DNA of 64,000 bases from Thalia democratica (GCA_965202585.1 OZ241830.1:18538001-18602000), one strand, 5' to 3'; positions 39,221 through 52,600 are shown, numbered from the stretch's first letter. The notes: a model not told the origin generated them from the sequence alone. Made by a program: numbers and translations.

Positions 39221-42200
39221 CAGGGGTCGGCAGGCAGTTGGTGCTCGCGGGCCAAACTTCAAGTTCCAAAAATCTTCGCAGGCCGCAGTTTTAGTTTTAG
39301 TGACATTTGAATGATATTTTGGTTTTAGTTTTAGTCACTCTACAGAAAACTTATACTTTTAATTACTTTATTTTTTTTCAATGACATTTAGCTACTTATA
39401 GTTTAAATTTAAACTATAAATACTTATTGGAATAAATTTACATTGACTAATATACTTAAGTTTTAATAAAATACTAACTTTCTTAAACACTTAACAAGCT
39501 AAACTTAACGTTTTTTTTTAATTTACTTACAACCTAACTATCTATAAAATCCGAGCTTGAAAACATTTTGGGACACTTTTAAATATTTTTATACTATGAA
39601 CCTCTTTTTCATATTTTAAAGATATAAACATTTAAAGATTATTTTTTGCGTCTAAAATTTTTACGGTTCACTCTTTAAAAAAAGTCAGTAGTTAGTTAAC
39701 TCAATAAAACTAATACCTAATTGTATTATAGAAAAGCTAAAACAAATTCTTTAATATAATTAATGGTCAAATACTTTAATAAAATACATTATTAGGAATT
39801 AATTAGTTTTTTTTTTATGGTCGCCACTTTAAATTCAAAAAATGTCTGAGTTATCTCAAACCAGCTTAAATTTATTACAGCTAAAAAATTTAAAAATTTA
39901 AAAATTTGCTGTTAATCAAGGTTAAATACCTAACTAAAATATTATCATTATAAAAAAATACACAATTTTTAAGAAGACAAAAAAATACAATTAGTGAGCT
40001 ACACTACAGACATAAAAAATGTTCTAAGAATTTCGAAAATTTATTAAAAGTGTTTGAAATAGATGCTTAACACACATCTGAGTTTAGAAAAAATAATATA
40101 TTTAATAGGTTTGAAATAGTATGAGTTTTTCAAAATTTTTTAAATAGTCTGTGTGTTTCGCAACGCTGTTTAAAATAAAGTTCAGAAAATAAAGAAATAA
40201 CAAAGTTTATAAACAGTAATTAAAATATAAAGCAAAAAAATCATTATAAGTCAGCTTGAATGGACAATCAAGTTTCTTAAATATTCAAGAAAAATATAAA
40301 ATTATATTAAGCCATTAATAAAGTAGAAAATTTTTTTAAGCATTATAGCTTTTTTTTTTCTGCAATAAAAATATTGCATCTAAAAAGAGTAAATGTGAAA
40401 TATAAAACGAGCTACAAGAATTAAAAAACGTTAGTTAGGAGTTTTCGGAAAAACAAAAAAAAATAGCTTAAGTCAGTTCCAACAAAGCACATGATTATTT
40501 TCAGTAACTACAGACTGATCAGTAATTTTTTTTAAGGTAAATTATAAAGTAGCAAAATTAATAACTATTAAGAAGTTAGCCTTTAGAATTTCAAACATTT
40601 TTAAAGAATTAGTGTTGGCGGTAGCAAAATATTTTTGTTAATTTATTCAATGACAAAGATAAGTTGTGTTTAGGAAATGCCTGAAGATTATAAAGCCGCA
40701 TAAATCAAATTAAGAATTTAATCAATCTGTTAAGATGAGAGTACTGATACAACAACAATTGTTCATTTAGTTCTAGATTTTACTAGAATACCTACGTTCT
40801 TTAAGAGGTGTTTTTACTAACTTTGACATTTTAGAAAAGTTTCTAGGTTTAGTTCAATGCAAAGCACAACAATAGGCAAAGATATTTTAAAAGCAAAGGT
40901 GCGATGCACCAATATAAAGTTCTTGAAAGTACAATTTTTTGCTTCTATTATCAGTATAAAATAAAGTTAAAAGTAAAATAATTGTAATATAACAATATTT
41001 AAAATACTGTTTAGCTACTTTAGATGTGTTTTTTGATAAAAAAATATTTGTTTAGTAGATTGTATGTGTCAAAACGAAAATTCAATTATTTACATGTATA
41101 AAATGTTTAAAATTTAAGGTTTTTAAAAAAAATTCTCAAATTCAAGGTTTTTCTAGATTTTTTAAGCATAAATTGTCAAATTTCAGGCTTTTCCAGGTTT
41201 CGAGCTTTTAGCAACACTGATTGTTCCCACTTATGTGTATACAATTATAAAACTTCTATTTTAAATTATATTAGCTGCAAGATTTTAAATTTAACATATA
41301 TTACAATGAAAACGAACACTGTACATCGATCAAAACATACATCATTAGTTTAATTTGCCACTCTAAAAAGCCAAAAAATCAGCTTGAGTGACAAAAAACT
41401 AGCCTGATATTTTAATTTACAAAAGGCAATTCAATCCAAAACTAAAAAATGATAAATTGGCCTAAGATTTAAAGTCTTCAAATAGTCATAGTGTGAGTGT
41501 TTTGCAATGTTTAGTTGTTTATTTGCTTTAATTTGAACTATTTTGGTTAACAATGTACAAACTTAATAAATTTACCATACCCAAATCTAGTTTTATTAAA
41601 TAGGTATTTCAAAAAAACAGCAACTGTGTATATCTTTATGCAACGCATAAAAATCAACTTAATTTGCCAAAAAAATAATTGTTTGTAAAATGAAAATATA
41701 CACCAGACAAAAACTATTTTAATTTATCTCTTATATATTGTTTATAATGTGGTTGTACACAATTAGATGTTACATGTAGAAACAAAAATCGTAGAAAGTT
41801 ATGCATATACTAAACCTAATCTAACTTAGTTGTTCAATAAAAGTGGCTATAAACATGAGCATCTTCGTACATTTGTGTGCATAGAAATTTATTTAAAGTG
41901 CACAGAAAACTTCTAAAAATCTAAACTTGTCAGTACTAAAATAAATAAAACTTTATTTCTTAACACTATGTAAATTTAACTGTTTTTATGCTCTCTCAAA
42001 TATTACATTTAGTAAAAAAAACATCTATAAAATAGACTTTTGAATAAAAAACTAAAATAAAATACCTAAACTGTAAATAAATGACATCGTAGTTAATTAC
42101 TTTTCATTACTTCTGTACAAAATGGAAAATATTTGCATGTAGTATATTTACTAAATACGTATTATATAAGTAATTCACTAAAACCAAGCACTCTTAACAC

Positions 42201-42556
42201 TGTTTTTTCATATAATAACTTGCTGTTTTAGAAGAAACCATTATAAAACTGAGAAAAAACCCTGATGGAATGCTAATCTGTCTTTTTTACATTTTTAAGC
42301 TAAAGTAGTAAAGTATTTTAATTCTTTTAAAATATTATAGAGGGGCTAACACGAGATTAAACAAACTAAACCAAATATCAGGTAAAAAATTGCTTTAAAA
42401 ACATTTTTGCTCAGCGGGTCACATTTAAATGCTCGCGGGCCGAAAAATTTTCCTTCGAGGGCCGCATTCCATTCAAAATAATAACTTGCTCGCGGGCGGC
42501 AGATTTATGCTTCGAGAGCCACATTTGGCCCGCGGGCCGCAGTTTGCTGACACCTG
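39221..42556 (+). mobile_element. hAT (Charlie/SPIN-like) DNA transposon, 3.3 kb, decayed and non-autonomous
   Basis: TIR CAGGGGTCGGCA / TGCTGACACCTG, exact 8-bp TSD CCCTATAA (39213-39220 and 42557-42564), GCGGGCC subterminal repeats. Absent from arm C (~57650). No intact transposase ORF. Confidence 0.92.
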
Positions 42557-42945
42557 CCCTATAATTTTTATAGAGTTTGTATGCACTATCTAATTATTGA
42601 TATATAATAATATAAAAATTGTATAATTTGAATTATTAAAAACTTAAAATTGTTACTAAAATTTATTCACCACTACTACCATGTATCTATTTAAAGAAAA
42701 TTTTTACCATATTTTAATTGTTTTTATCTCAATTAAAGTATTTTTCTATTAAATAAATGCTCTTAATTTTTTCTGTAAATATAAAAAATAGTTTTATACT
42801 TTTTGTATTACTTAACTAACATATCATTATCAAGTGAACAACCTTATATGAACAATTTTTTAATTTAAAAAGTAGGTAATAATAACAATTTTGATGAAAA
42901 AACAAAACTTTCTACATTAAGCGAAATACTATAAATTACTAATAT

Positions 42946-43293
42946 CAGGGTTGCTACTCGTTTAAAAAAAATTTTTTAAGAATATCCAAATTTCTTCCAG
43001 GTTTAAAAAAGTACACTTTTTCAGGTCTGTTTTTAGTTTAAAGTTATGTTTAAGGTAAGAAACTGTGTTAAAAAGCATAAAAAACATTAAAAACATACTG
43101 TAAAATTTATAATTTTGTTTTTAATAAAAAAAAAACTTGATGACGACAAATTTTTTAAATTTATATCATATATTTCTTAAATCAAATCAAATTCTATTAC
43201 TGAACATGTCAAAATTGTTAGTATTTAATGTGTTTTTTTTTTTTTGCGTAAAATTTCAAATTCCATGTTTTTCCAGGTAAACTGGCAACCCTG
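42946..43293. mobile_element. ~350-bp MITE with CAGGGTTGC TIRs (probably hAT)
   Basis: CAGGGTTGCTA...TGGCAACCCTG; mirrored at 56917-57267. Only a 6-bp flanking match (TAATAT). Confidence 0.7.
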
Positions 43294-43619
43294 TAATATT
43301 CATAGTTAATCAGAAAACAATAACCTATTAATTTGGTGGTAAATCATGATAGTAGCTGGATGACAGCTTCTTTCACATAAGTCAATGTACTTTGCACATT
43401 TCCATTTTTCAGCTGTAGGTTGTGACTTCAATGCATTATTTATATAAAGAATGATATTAATAATTTAATACTGAAATAGATCATGAGAGTAAAATGGACA
43501 ATACACTAAAAGCTAAATTAAACACTAGTGCTAGATTAAACTAAAACAATAAACTAAGTTGGTTTAATTATTAAATACAGTAATAAGTCTAAAATATTTT
43601 TTGTGTTATCTAAAAATTT

Positions 43620-44040
43620 CGTGAGTTTCGTGTGCCCTAAAAGTTTTGTGTTTCCAACAGTAGGTTAGAGGTAAAAGTAATAGTAAAAAGTTAAATGAGA
43701 AAAAAAAACAGTAAAAAAACTAATTAAAATCATGAAAGAAAAAAAAAAGTTACTTACTGAAAGTAAGGGTTAGAGGTAACAGTGACAAAAAAAAAATTAT
43801 TAATTATTTTAATAAAAAAAACTAGAAAATGAAAAGAGTCATATAAAATAAGTTATGAAAAAATAAAAACAAGATACTGACTAAAAGTAAGGGTTAGAGG
43901 TAGCAGTAGAAATAATCATGATTAATTAAAATTAATAAAATAAACTTGAAAAATTTTCAACCGTGCAAAGTGTCTTTATACAATAGCGTCTTCGTGCATA
44001 TTTGACCCTTCATGCAAAAGTGTCGCTCATTTTTGACACC
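43620..44040 (-). repeat. Interspersed repeat with TTACCCTAACCC-like internal units and CACTTTTGCAC-type terminal motifs
   Basis: Three AGGGTTAGAGGTA(A/G)CAG-like units followed by CCGTGCAAAGTGTC...; mirrored at ~56040-56590. Ends approximate. Confidence 0.6.
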
Positions 44041-45464
44041 TACTCTGTTCATACAACTTAAAAGGAACTTGTGCTACGCTGTCAAAATTAAGAAAAAATC
44101 TTAGCTGTTCAATTATATAGTTGTTTAACAAAACAGTAACTTATTTCACATATTTGATTGTGCTATATTACTAAATTTTAAATGTTAAAATTAACAATAT
44201 AAACAACCATGTTCAGTAACAACGATTAGATTTTCAATGCAAGCAGAAATTTCACTTTTGTGCTGTACACTAATTAAAAAGAGGTGGAACTAGTCTTAAT
44301 TAATACTTTAGAATGTGATAATAAATTTAAAACAATATTTTAAGACCCTGATTTTATAAGGAAGCTACTAACTAATTCCCATAAAATTTTCATCTGAAAA
44401 TGTTTGTGTTAATTACAAATTTAACATTCTGCATAATTTTTAAAGAACGTTGGTATAACAGTTTCACTTTAAATTAACTATGTATTTATTAGTTTACAAT
44501 CATGAAAAATAGTTATTTGTAAAGTTTAAATTAGGAACAATTTTATGTATTTATAATATATACTACTTAAAAATTAGGTTATATTTTAGCGTATATAATT
44601 TTTAGGTTTAATCAATTTATTTCAACTGAACTAAAAAACTGACTATTTCATTTAATCTACTTGATCGCGACATTAGTCTAATAAAGTTGCAATGTTGTCT
44701 TAAAATTGGCATTTTACAGGAGTGTTTTAAATTGTTTTTGATTTTGAATATATTTAATCACTATCAATAATAAAACCAGTAAACTTTTCATAGTCACATT
44801 TTATTTTTAAATTGTGAAATTTTTATTTTCCAAACTGAAAATTCTAGTTTTAATTTTTTCATCTATAAGTTATAATCTACAAATAAAGTTAACTATGTTT
44901 TTCAATTTTGTTTTAAAGCTTTTAACTTGTTTAAAGTTTTTTAATTAGAGTTCGGCAAATTATTATTTTTTTTGTAGAACTTGTTTGATTAAATTATTAT
45001 AAATGTTTAAACACTTGAGTATTTTTAAAAGTTTTATGTTAAAAGCTAGTACAAATTTACTTTGTTATTTTAAAATAAATAAGATGTACCAACTAACTTA
45101 AAAACAGAGACCGGAGCCTTTTATTTTTAATGAACTAACTAAATGAATAAAAACTTTAAACAAATAAAAAATAAAATAACCCATAATGAAAAGTTTTTTC
45201 ATACCATGAGTCTTAAAAAAATATTTTTAGCTTTTTTTTATTGATAAATGAACTTAACTATATAACATGGTATAAACCCTGTGATATACTATTTTGATAA
45301 AGCTGACTAATAAATGCTTTATACAAAATTAAGAAGAATCTTTCTGCATTTTTATTTCAAGAAATAAACAAGTGTAGTTGTACAACTTTTAGATAACATT
45401 TTACATTATTCAAACAAAATTGAAATTTTAGGGTAGAAAATAGTGAATCTACTTAATTATTTTA

Positions 45465-45892
45465 CATAAGGATTTTCTAAAGTATGCCAAGTGGCTCTCT
45501 TTTAACCATTACAGAAAGTTAGGCGGCCATAAGCAGCAAAGAGAGAAATCATAATCTAGGGTTGGGTATGAGCTGTAAAGGGGCCACAGGATAGCCATGA
45601 GGTCATAATTTGAAATTTACACAAGATATTCTGGTGTTTAAGATGAAGAGAAAAAATACAGGTTTTAAGCGGTTCAAAAGTAGTTCTGAAACTTAAACTA
45701 GTTATTATGATAGAATTTTAGTAAATCTAGTGACCACAAACTGTAAAAGGAAGAGCCAAAAGGCCATAATTAGATATTTACACTAGATGTTCTGGATTTG
45801 ATGACGAAGAACATAAAAAAGGGCCTTAAGTGTTTTCAATGGTAGTTTTAAGAGAAATCTTGTCGGAGAGGGTCATTGTTTGGGAAACCCTG
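45465..45892. mobile_element. ~430-bp hAT-like MITE
   Basis: Right end GTTTGGGAAACCCTG, decayed left end, GGGCC motifs. Mirrored at 54194-54620; only the right tip survives in A (~21520). Confidence 0.55.
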
Positions 45893-47504
45893 GTTTAAAA
45901 ATGGCTTTTTTTTTGTCAATCATTGCATATTTAATTTTCATATAGGCTAAAGTAATTTATTTTTTACAATAAGAGCTTTAAGGTTAAGAGCGAGTATATA
46001 TAAAAAGACAATTTTACTTCTAGATAAAGTGTTTTATTTACATTTAGAAATTTATAAACTCATTTAAAAAGTGTCTTGTTACGGTTTAAAAGAGTTGCCT
46101 ACCACAGAGTTGCTATTATTTGAGTAAAAATGAATTATTGATTTACGGAAACTAAACTCAGTTTTATTAACTTAGTTTTAGTTTTTTTTTCCATGTTGTA
46201 AAATAATTAAAACATCTGTATTATCCAAATTTTTAAAAAATTTCTACTGACCAAGTATAATTACTAAAAAGTTAAAAATAGTGACTAAATTATAAAAGTA
46301 AAAAAATACAACAACATATAAAAAAAAATTCAAATTAAAAACAATTATAAAATAAGACCTGATATCCAAATTTACTTAAGTTTTTAAGTTTCGCAACAAA
46401 CTATTAAAGAAACCTGAATTAGCCTGAAGTGTAAATAAGTTTAATAATTTTAGATTTATATTACTTAATTTAAAGTTGTTATAAAAAAAATTAATATTTA
46501 ACAAAAAAAGTTCTTCTTGATATAATAAGGCTAGACAGTAGAAAAGCCTCATGGTTTAAGTAAACTTTAGAAACAAAAACCAAAGAAAAATAAATAAATA
46601 CAAAAGTAAAAGATGTGAAAACAAGTGTAAAACCTGTTTTGATTATCTACTATACAAACTTAAAAAATAAATATTTGGCAAAGTAGTACACGTTTTCATT
46701 TTAATAAGTTTTAATGATTTATAAATTCATTTGACAACATAGTTAACTTGGATTAAAAGGTTAAGTACATGTACTTTTAAGGTGGTCCTAATACAGGGTT
46801 GTCATTTTTAAGAAAAAACAGCCAGCTTGAAAAACCAAAGCTTAAAATGAAAGTTTAATATATGTTTATTGAAATAAAAGTTGGTTAAAATAACTGTTTA
46901 TACTACACTGTTGCCATTCTTTCAAGTAAAACAGAATACTTGATTGACAAAGAATTAGACTGATGTTTATCAATCAAGCCTGAGTTATCTTCAGCTTGTA
47001 AAATATTTTAAATAAACATACCGTAAAAAAGCATGAAAAACTACTATCATTTAACTAAAATTACATAGAAATACAAAACAATAACCAAAGGTTTTAATAA
47101 AAACATAGTTCTTAGCAAAAGTGTCATAAAACAATTCATGTATATATAAAAACATATTTTAAGTAATCTAAGTTTTAAAATAAATATCAAACAAGCCTTG
47201 GTTAGCCATAAAAATTAAAACGTTTACTTTTATTTAATTATTTTCTTTTATTTCAAATAACTAACTAAAAATTATTGTTAAAATGCACTATTTTTAACAA
47301 GAGAATTTTTTGCTACTTTATTTAAAAATAAGTTTAAAGAGTAGAAGCACCTCTGGATCTTAGTAAACTTAAAAGAAAAAAAAAACATTTAAAACAAATA
47401 AATTAAGTGAAAGAACTTGCTTTGATATAATAAGTTTATAAATTTAAAATGTTATGAAAGGTAGTGTGAATCTAAAGTTACATGTTTAAAATATAATTTT
47501 AAGC

Positions 47505-47915
47505 ACTTTTGCTAGAAGCCACTTTTGCACGGCGTCACGCTTGCACAAGTAACTTTTGCGAGAAGTGACTTCTTTATTAATGAAGAAACTTTTGAACTGG
47601 TTCAATTTTCTTTTAAATTATTATAATATACAATTACTGTTACCCCTAACCTTTACCCTAGGCTGGTTATACTTTTCTTGTAAATATTACTAAAATTTTT
47701 TTTTATTACTGTTACCCCAAACCCTTACCCTTGGTCTTATTTTTGTTTAATTTTTCTTATTTAAATTTAATTTTCTTTTATTTAAACTGTTACCCATAAG
47801 TGTAACTTTTACCTTTGGTCGGTTTATTATTATGATTATTTTTAACTCCCTAAAAATCGACTCTTTGTGCATATTTGATCATTGTTTAAAAGTATTTTCG
47901 TTCGTGTTTGACCCA
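47505..47915 (+). repeat. Second member of the TTACCCTAACCC-containing repeat family
   Basis: CACTTTTGCACGG left end, TTACTGTTACCCCTAACC units, GTGCATATTTGA right end; mirrored at ~52185-52600. Confidence 0.6.
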
Positions 47916-48261
47916 TCTCAAATTTAAAGGGGCTTCCAATACATGGATGACATTCTTGATAACAAAACAGCCAGCCTGAATGATCAAAAACTAGGCTGAG
48001 TTATATATCTAGCCTGAGTTAGTTTGAACTTATAATATAATTCAATATGATATAGTATAAGCCAAAAACTTAAAAACTATTATTTATCAGTTTATATTTG
48101 TCTAAAAACCGAAATATTTCAAAAGGCACTTTAAAAACATAAAAATCAAGGAAAAAAAAGTAATGAAATAATGCCTGATAAAATAAAAATTAAAACTATT
48201 CCGGAGTACTCTGAGTATTAGTCTGACCAATAAAGGATAACATTTATAAATTTGTTTAGAT

Positions 48262-48410
48262 CAGAGGTCGGAAATAAACAGGTCCTCAAGTGCTAAGCTT
48301 CTGTTATTAAAACTATCGCCGGCTGCAGTTTTTATTTTAATTAATATTAATTTCATTTGGTTTTAACTACACAGAAAGTTTCTTTTTAAATGCAAATAAC
48401 TTTTTTAGTC
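48262..48410 (+). mobile_element. Isolated, decayed 5' end of the same hAT family as 39221-42556
   Basis: CAGAGGTCGG start with C(T/C)GCAGTTTT and TGGTTTTA...CAGAAA similarity to 39221-39350; mirrored at ~51680-51831. Confidence 0.5.
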
Positions 48411-48969
48411 TGAAATTAGCATTGATTAAAACATTTAAAATAATTTATTTTATTTTGATTTGTTATAATGTTACTGTAATAAATTAATATTTTGTTAGTT
48501 TTCTAAATCGTCTTAGTACTTCAACAGTTTTTTCTTCATCTTGTATTTTGTCAATATACAAAAATATGTTTTCAAAGTATGCAAATGTTTCTGATTATCT
48601 TATTTTTTTTTTTTGAAGTGTTTTCGATATATAGTTCTCTAGCGAACAAAAATTAGGATCTAAACGGAACTACATTAAATACAATTCTAAAAACCATATT
48701 ACGAATCACTACTTTAGAAATTTTACTATAATTGTGTGATGTCTTACATTGTTGTAATTTAAACGAAACTACTTTCTTTATTTTATGTGTGTAAATTGTA
48801 ATGTTACAATTTTTATAAAAGTTTGCAACAAAAGCAATAGCTGTTATGTTTTTAATCTAAATCACACAATTTATCTAAATAGCTAAAAATATATTTAGCA
48901 TCATGATTACCAACAGTTGTATATACAAATTAAGCTGCTCCTTTCCGTTGATATTTTCTACTTGCGTTT

Positions 48970-50371
48970 ACTCACAAGTCAAGAAAGGACGCACGAGAAA
49001 AGGAAGTTGTCTACCAGGTATACCTGAAAAGCTACATGGGTAGAAGTCAGTGAAAACCAAGTTCAAACACGAAATACTTTGTTTAACTGACAATTACGCG
49101 CTGGGTGTTAAGCGCTGCCCACTAGTTGGGAATTAAAATCATTTTTGTGGACGTGTAAAGGATCACAGCGGGGAGCATACATGCTCCAAAACAAAACAAG
49201 ACACTACCAGAATGTTTGATTGTTTTAGGGGTTTTACGAAGGTTATAGGGACAGGAAACAAATGTAGGTGGAAGAAAGGTCGGACTTGGGCTTAACCTCA
49301 ACAAGGAAATAGCGTGATTGAATCAAACTGGAAGTTCTTGCCCCTTTTGAAATTGATAATCGGTTAAAACTGCAGGACTTTGGGTGCGGATGGTGAACGG
49401 AGCAGTAAGAGAGGTCGGATGTTTTGCAAGGGAAGTCATGTTTGTGGTCGATGGTCGCCTCTGTTACGTGTACAACTTATTCAACTACAACAATTACAAA
49501 AAATTGTCTGCCGACACAAACTCAAGTTTCGAGTTCCAGAGCTTCTGCAAAGGCGACTCGGGCGGTCCGGTGTCTTGCAGGAAGTCGAAAAGTGATCAGT
49601 TCGATAGTTTGGTGCACAGTTTCATGCGGAGGTTTTAAATTTCAAACTACCGGTAGCATTGGACAGCCGTGCGTGGCAACTAAGCTCTTGGCCCGAGTAA
49701 AGTATATTGATGAAAACGTGAGAACAGTTTCTCCAAACTTGTTTATTAAGCAACAAGGATCGGACGCGAGAGTGGGGAACCCTATTTATCACGCTCCTTA
49801 TTCAGCAACAAAAAAGATTATACTATAGCTTGCCAAGGCGCCACCCTCAGCAAAAGATGGGTTTCAACCACATCGAGTTGCGTTGATAGTTAACTGTTGG
49901 AGCACACGGAAGGACCGTTCAATTTCCAAAAAGACCAGAAAGATTTTGAACGTCTTAACTTCAAAACGGGTTGCACCACATAGACAGCTTGAAGGTAAAA
50001 ATTTCTAGTAATTTGTGCCAACACGAAGGCAATCAAAAGCTCAATGACAAGTATGATAAACACAACATTGCGTTGGTAATTCTCCGCGATGAAATTGATC
50101 AAAAAGTTCAGTTTGACAAGCCGTTGAGAATGATTACTGGTCGCAATGACAAAGACTGCAAAGTGTTTATATGGGAAAATAAATATGACACTGAGGACGA
50201 CAATCCTCTTCAGATGTAGGTAATACTAGAAAATAGGTATTTTAGATGAAAAAAGGTGCAGCTCTCTCATTTTTAACCCAAGTTCTATGCAGTTGCTATA
50301 TGGTCATCATGTTTGTACAGAACAAGAACTTTGGAGACCTACCATCAGTGTTGAAGCAGTAACTAGTTTAA
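48970..50371 (+). pseudogene. Double-domain S1 protease pseudogene (protease plus protease homolog)
   Basis: VYQVYLK, RWVLSAAH*, FCKGDSGGPVSC, GQPCVATKL, then domain 2 CQGATLSKRWVSTTSSC and HEGNQK...HNIALVIL. Many stops and frameshifts. Confidence 0.88.
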
Positions 50372-51070
50372 TTTACAAAGATTATCTACATACCATGAAA
50401 TTCACGGAGTCGCATTTTTCAGTGGATACCTCCATACGAAACAACTCCCTTCACCAAATTATCGGCCAAAGTTTGTTATATCAAATTATCAAACTGATCA
50501 CTTTTCGACTATCTTCAAGCCACCGGACCGCCCAAGTCGCCTTTGCAGGAGCTCTGGAACTCGAAACTGGAGATTGTGTCATCAGAAAAACAATTCGTAA
50601 TTGTCGTAGTTGAACGTGTCGAACACAGAAGCGATATCGTAGATCACAAACATGTTTTGTCCAAAAAAACATCCGGCTTCACTTACTGTTTCGTTCCCCA
50701 TCCTCAACCCGAAGTTCTGCAGTTCTAACCGATTATCACATTTAAAGTGGTTAAAAACGGCAGATTAGTTCAAATCACGCTACTTCCCTGTCGAGGTCTT
50801 CCACCTAATTTGTTTCCTGTCCCTGTAACCTTCGTAAAACCCCCTAGAGTAAGCAAGTTTTCTGCGAGTGTCGTTGTTTTGTTTTGGGGCATACATGCTT
50901 CCCGCTGTGATCTTGTACACGTCCACGAAAAAGTTTTCAATTCTTCCGCCCAAACCATCCACATTTGTTTCCGATCCCCGTGACCTTCGTAAAAGCTCCT
51001 TGTAGGTTTTCTTTTCTCCTTTTCTCGTGCGTCGCGTCTTTTCTTGACTTCTGAGTGAACACATCTGAAA
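50368..51070 (-). pseudogene. Single-domain S1 protease pseudogene, rearranged
   Basis: VYKITAGS, YEGYRDRK (twice), CKGDLGGPVA with catalytic Ser>Leu, GVVSYGG. Shares a 5' deletion junction with 1171-1599. Confidence 0.82.
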
Positions 51071-52184
51071 AAATCAACAGATAAATTAAGCTCAGTTTGT
51101 ACTTGCAACTATTGTTAATCATGATGCTAAACAATTTCTTAATCATTTTTTATACCAAAATTATTTTTGTATATTTATAAAATTTATACCAAACGAATTG
51201 TTTTAAACATATAAAAATTGTGTGATTAAGATAAAAACATAACAGCTATTACTTTTATAGCAGGTTTTTATAAAAGTTTTCAAACATTACAATTGACACA
51301 CATAAAACAAAGAAAGGAGTTGTGTTTAAATTACAACAATGTAAGACATAGCACAAGTACAGTTAAATTTCTATAGTAGTGATTCGTAATATGGTTTGGT
51401 TGTTAGAATAGTATTGTATGTACTTTTGTTTACATTCCTAATTTTTGTTTGCTTAGGACTAAATATCGAAAAAACTTCAAAAATAAGATAATCAGAAGCA
51501 CTTGCATACTTTGATAACATATGTTTGTATATTGAAAAAATAAAAGATGATGAAAAAAAAAACTGTTGACGTACTAAGACGATTTAGAAAACTAACAAAA
51601 TATTAATTTATTACAGTAACTTTATAACAAATCAAAACAAAATACATTATTTTTAGTATTTTAATCAATGCTAATTTCAGATTATGAAAGTTATTTGTAT
51701 TTAATAAGACACCTTCTGTGTACAAAGTTAAAACCAAATTAAATTAATATTAATTAAAATAAAAACTGCAGCCGGCGATAATTTTAAAAACATAAGTTTA
51801 CCACTTGAGGACCTGTTTATTTCCGACCTCTGATCTAAACAAATTTATAAATGTTATCGTTTATTGGTCAAACTCAGACTAATACTCAGAGTACTCCGGA
51901 ATAGTTTTAACTTTTATTTTATCAGGCATTATTTAATTACTTTTTTTCCTTGATTTTTATGTTTTTAAAAAGGTTTTGAAATATTTCGGTTTTTAGACAA
52001 ATGTAAACTGATAAATAAAAGTTTTTAAGTTTTTGGATTATAGTATATCATATTGAATTATATTATATTTTTAAGTTCTGACCAACTCAGGCTAGATATA
52101 TAACTCAGTCTAGTTTTTGATCATTCAGGCTGGCTGTTTTGTCATCAAAATGTCATCCTATTGGAAGCTCCTTTAAATTTGAGA

Positions 52185-52600
52185 TGGGTCAAACATGAAC
52201 GAAAATACTTTTGAACAATGTTCGAATATGCACAAAGAGTCAATTTTTAGGGAGTAAATAAAATAATAATAAACCGACCAAAGGTAAAAGTTACACTTAT
52301 GGGTAACAGTTTAAATAATAGAAAAATAAGTTTAAATTATAAAAATTAAACAAAAAATAAGACCAGGGGTAGGGTTTTGGGTAATAGTAATAGTAAAAAA
52401 AAAAAATTAAAATAATATTTACAAGAAAAGTATAACCAGCCTAAGGTAAAGGTTAGGGGTAACAGTAATTGTATATAATAATAATTTAAAAGAAAATTAA
52501 ACCAGATCAAAAATTTCTTCATTAATAAAAAAGTTATATCTCGCAAAAGTTACTTGTGCAAGCGTGACGCCGTGCAAAAGTGGCTTCTAGAAAAGTGCTT
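52185..52600 (-). repeat. Mirror copy of the repeat at 47505-47915
   Basis: Reverse-complement similarity across the palindrome. Confidence 0.6.

Larger units (their letters stand above)
1596..48950. repeat. Tandem segmental duplication: cassette A (~1596-25640) and cassette B (~25660-48950)
   Basis: Same order and orientation: protease(-), spacer, Kelch, coiled coil, RING, upstream block. Non-coding similarity is colinear (e.g. 3000-7200 vs 26500-31800; 19000-21480 vs 35340-37800). Confidence 0.9.
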
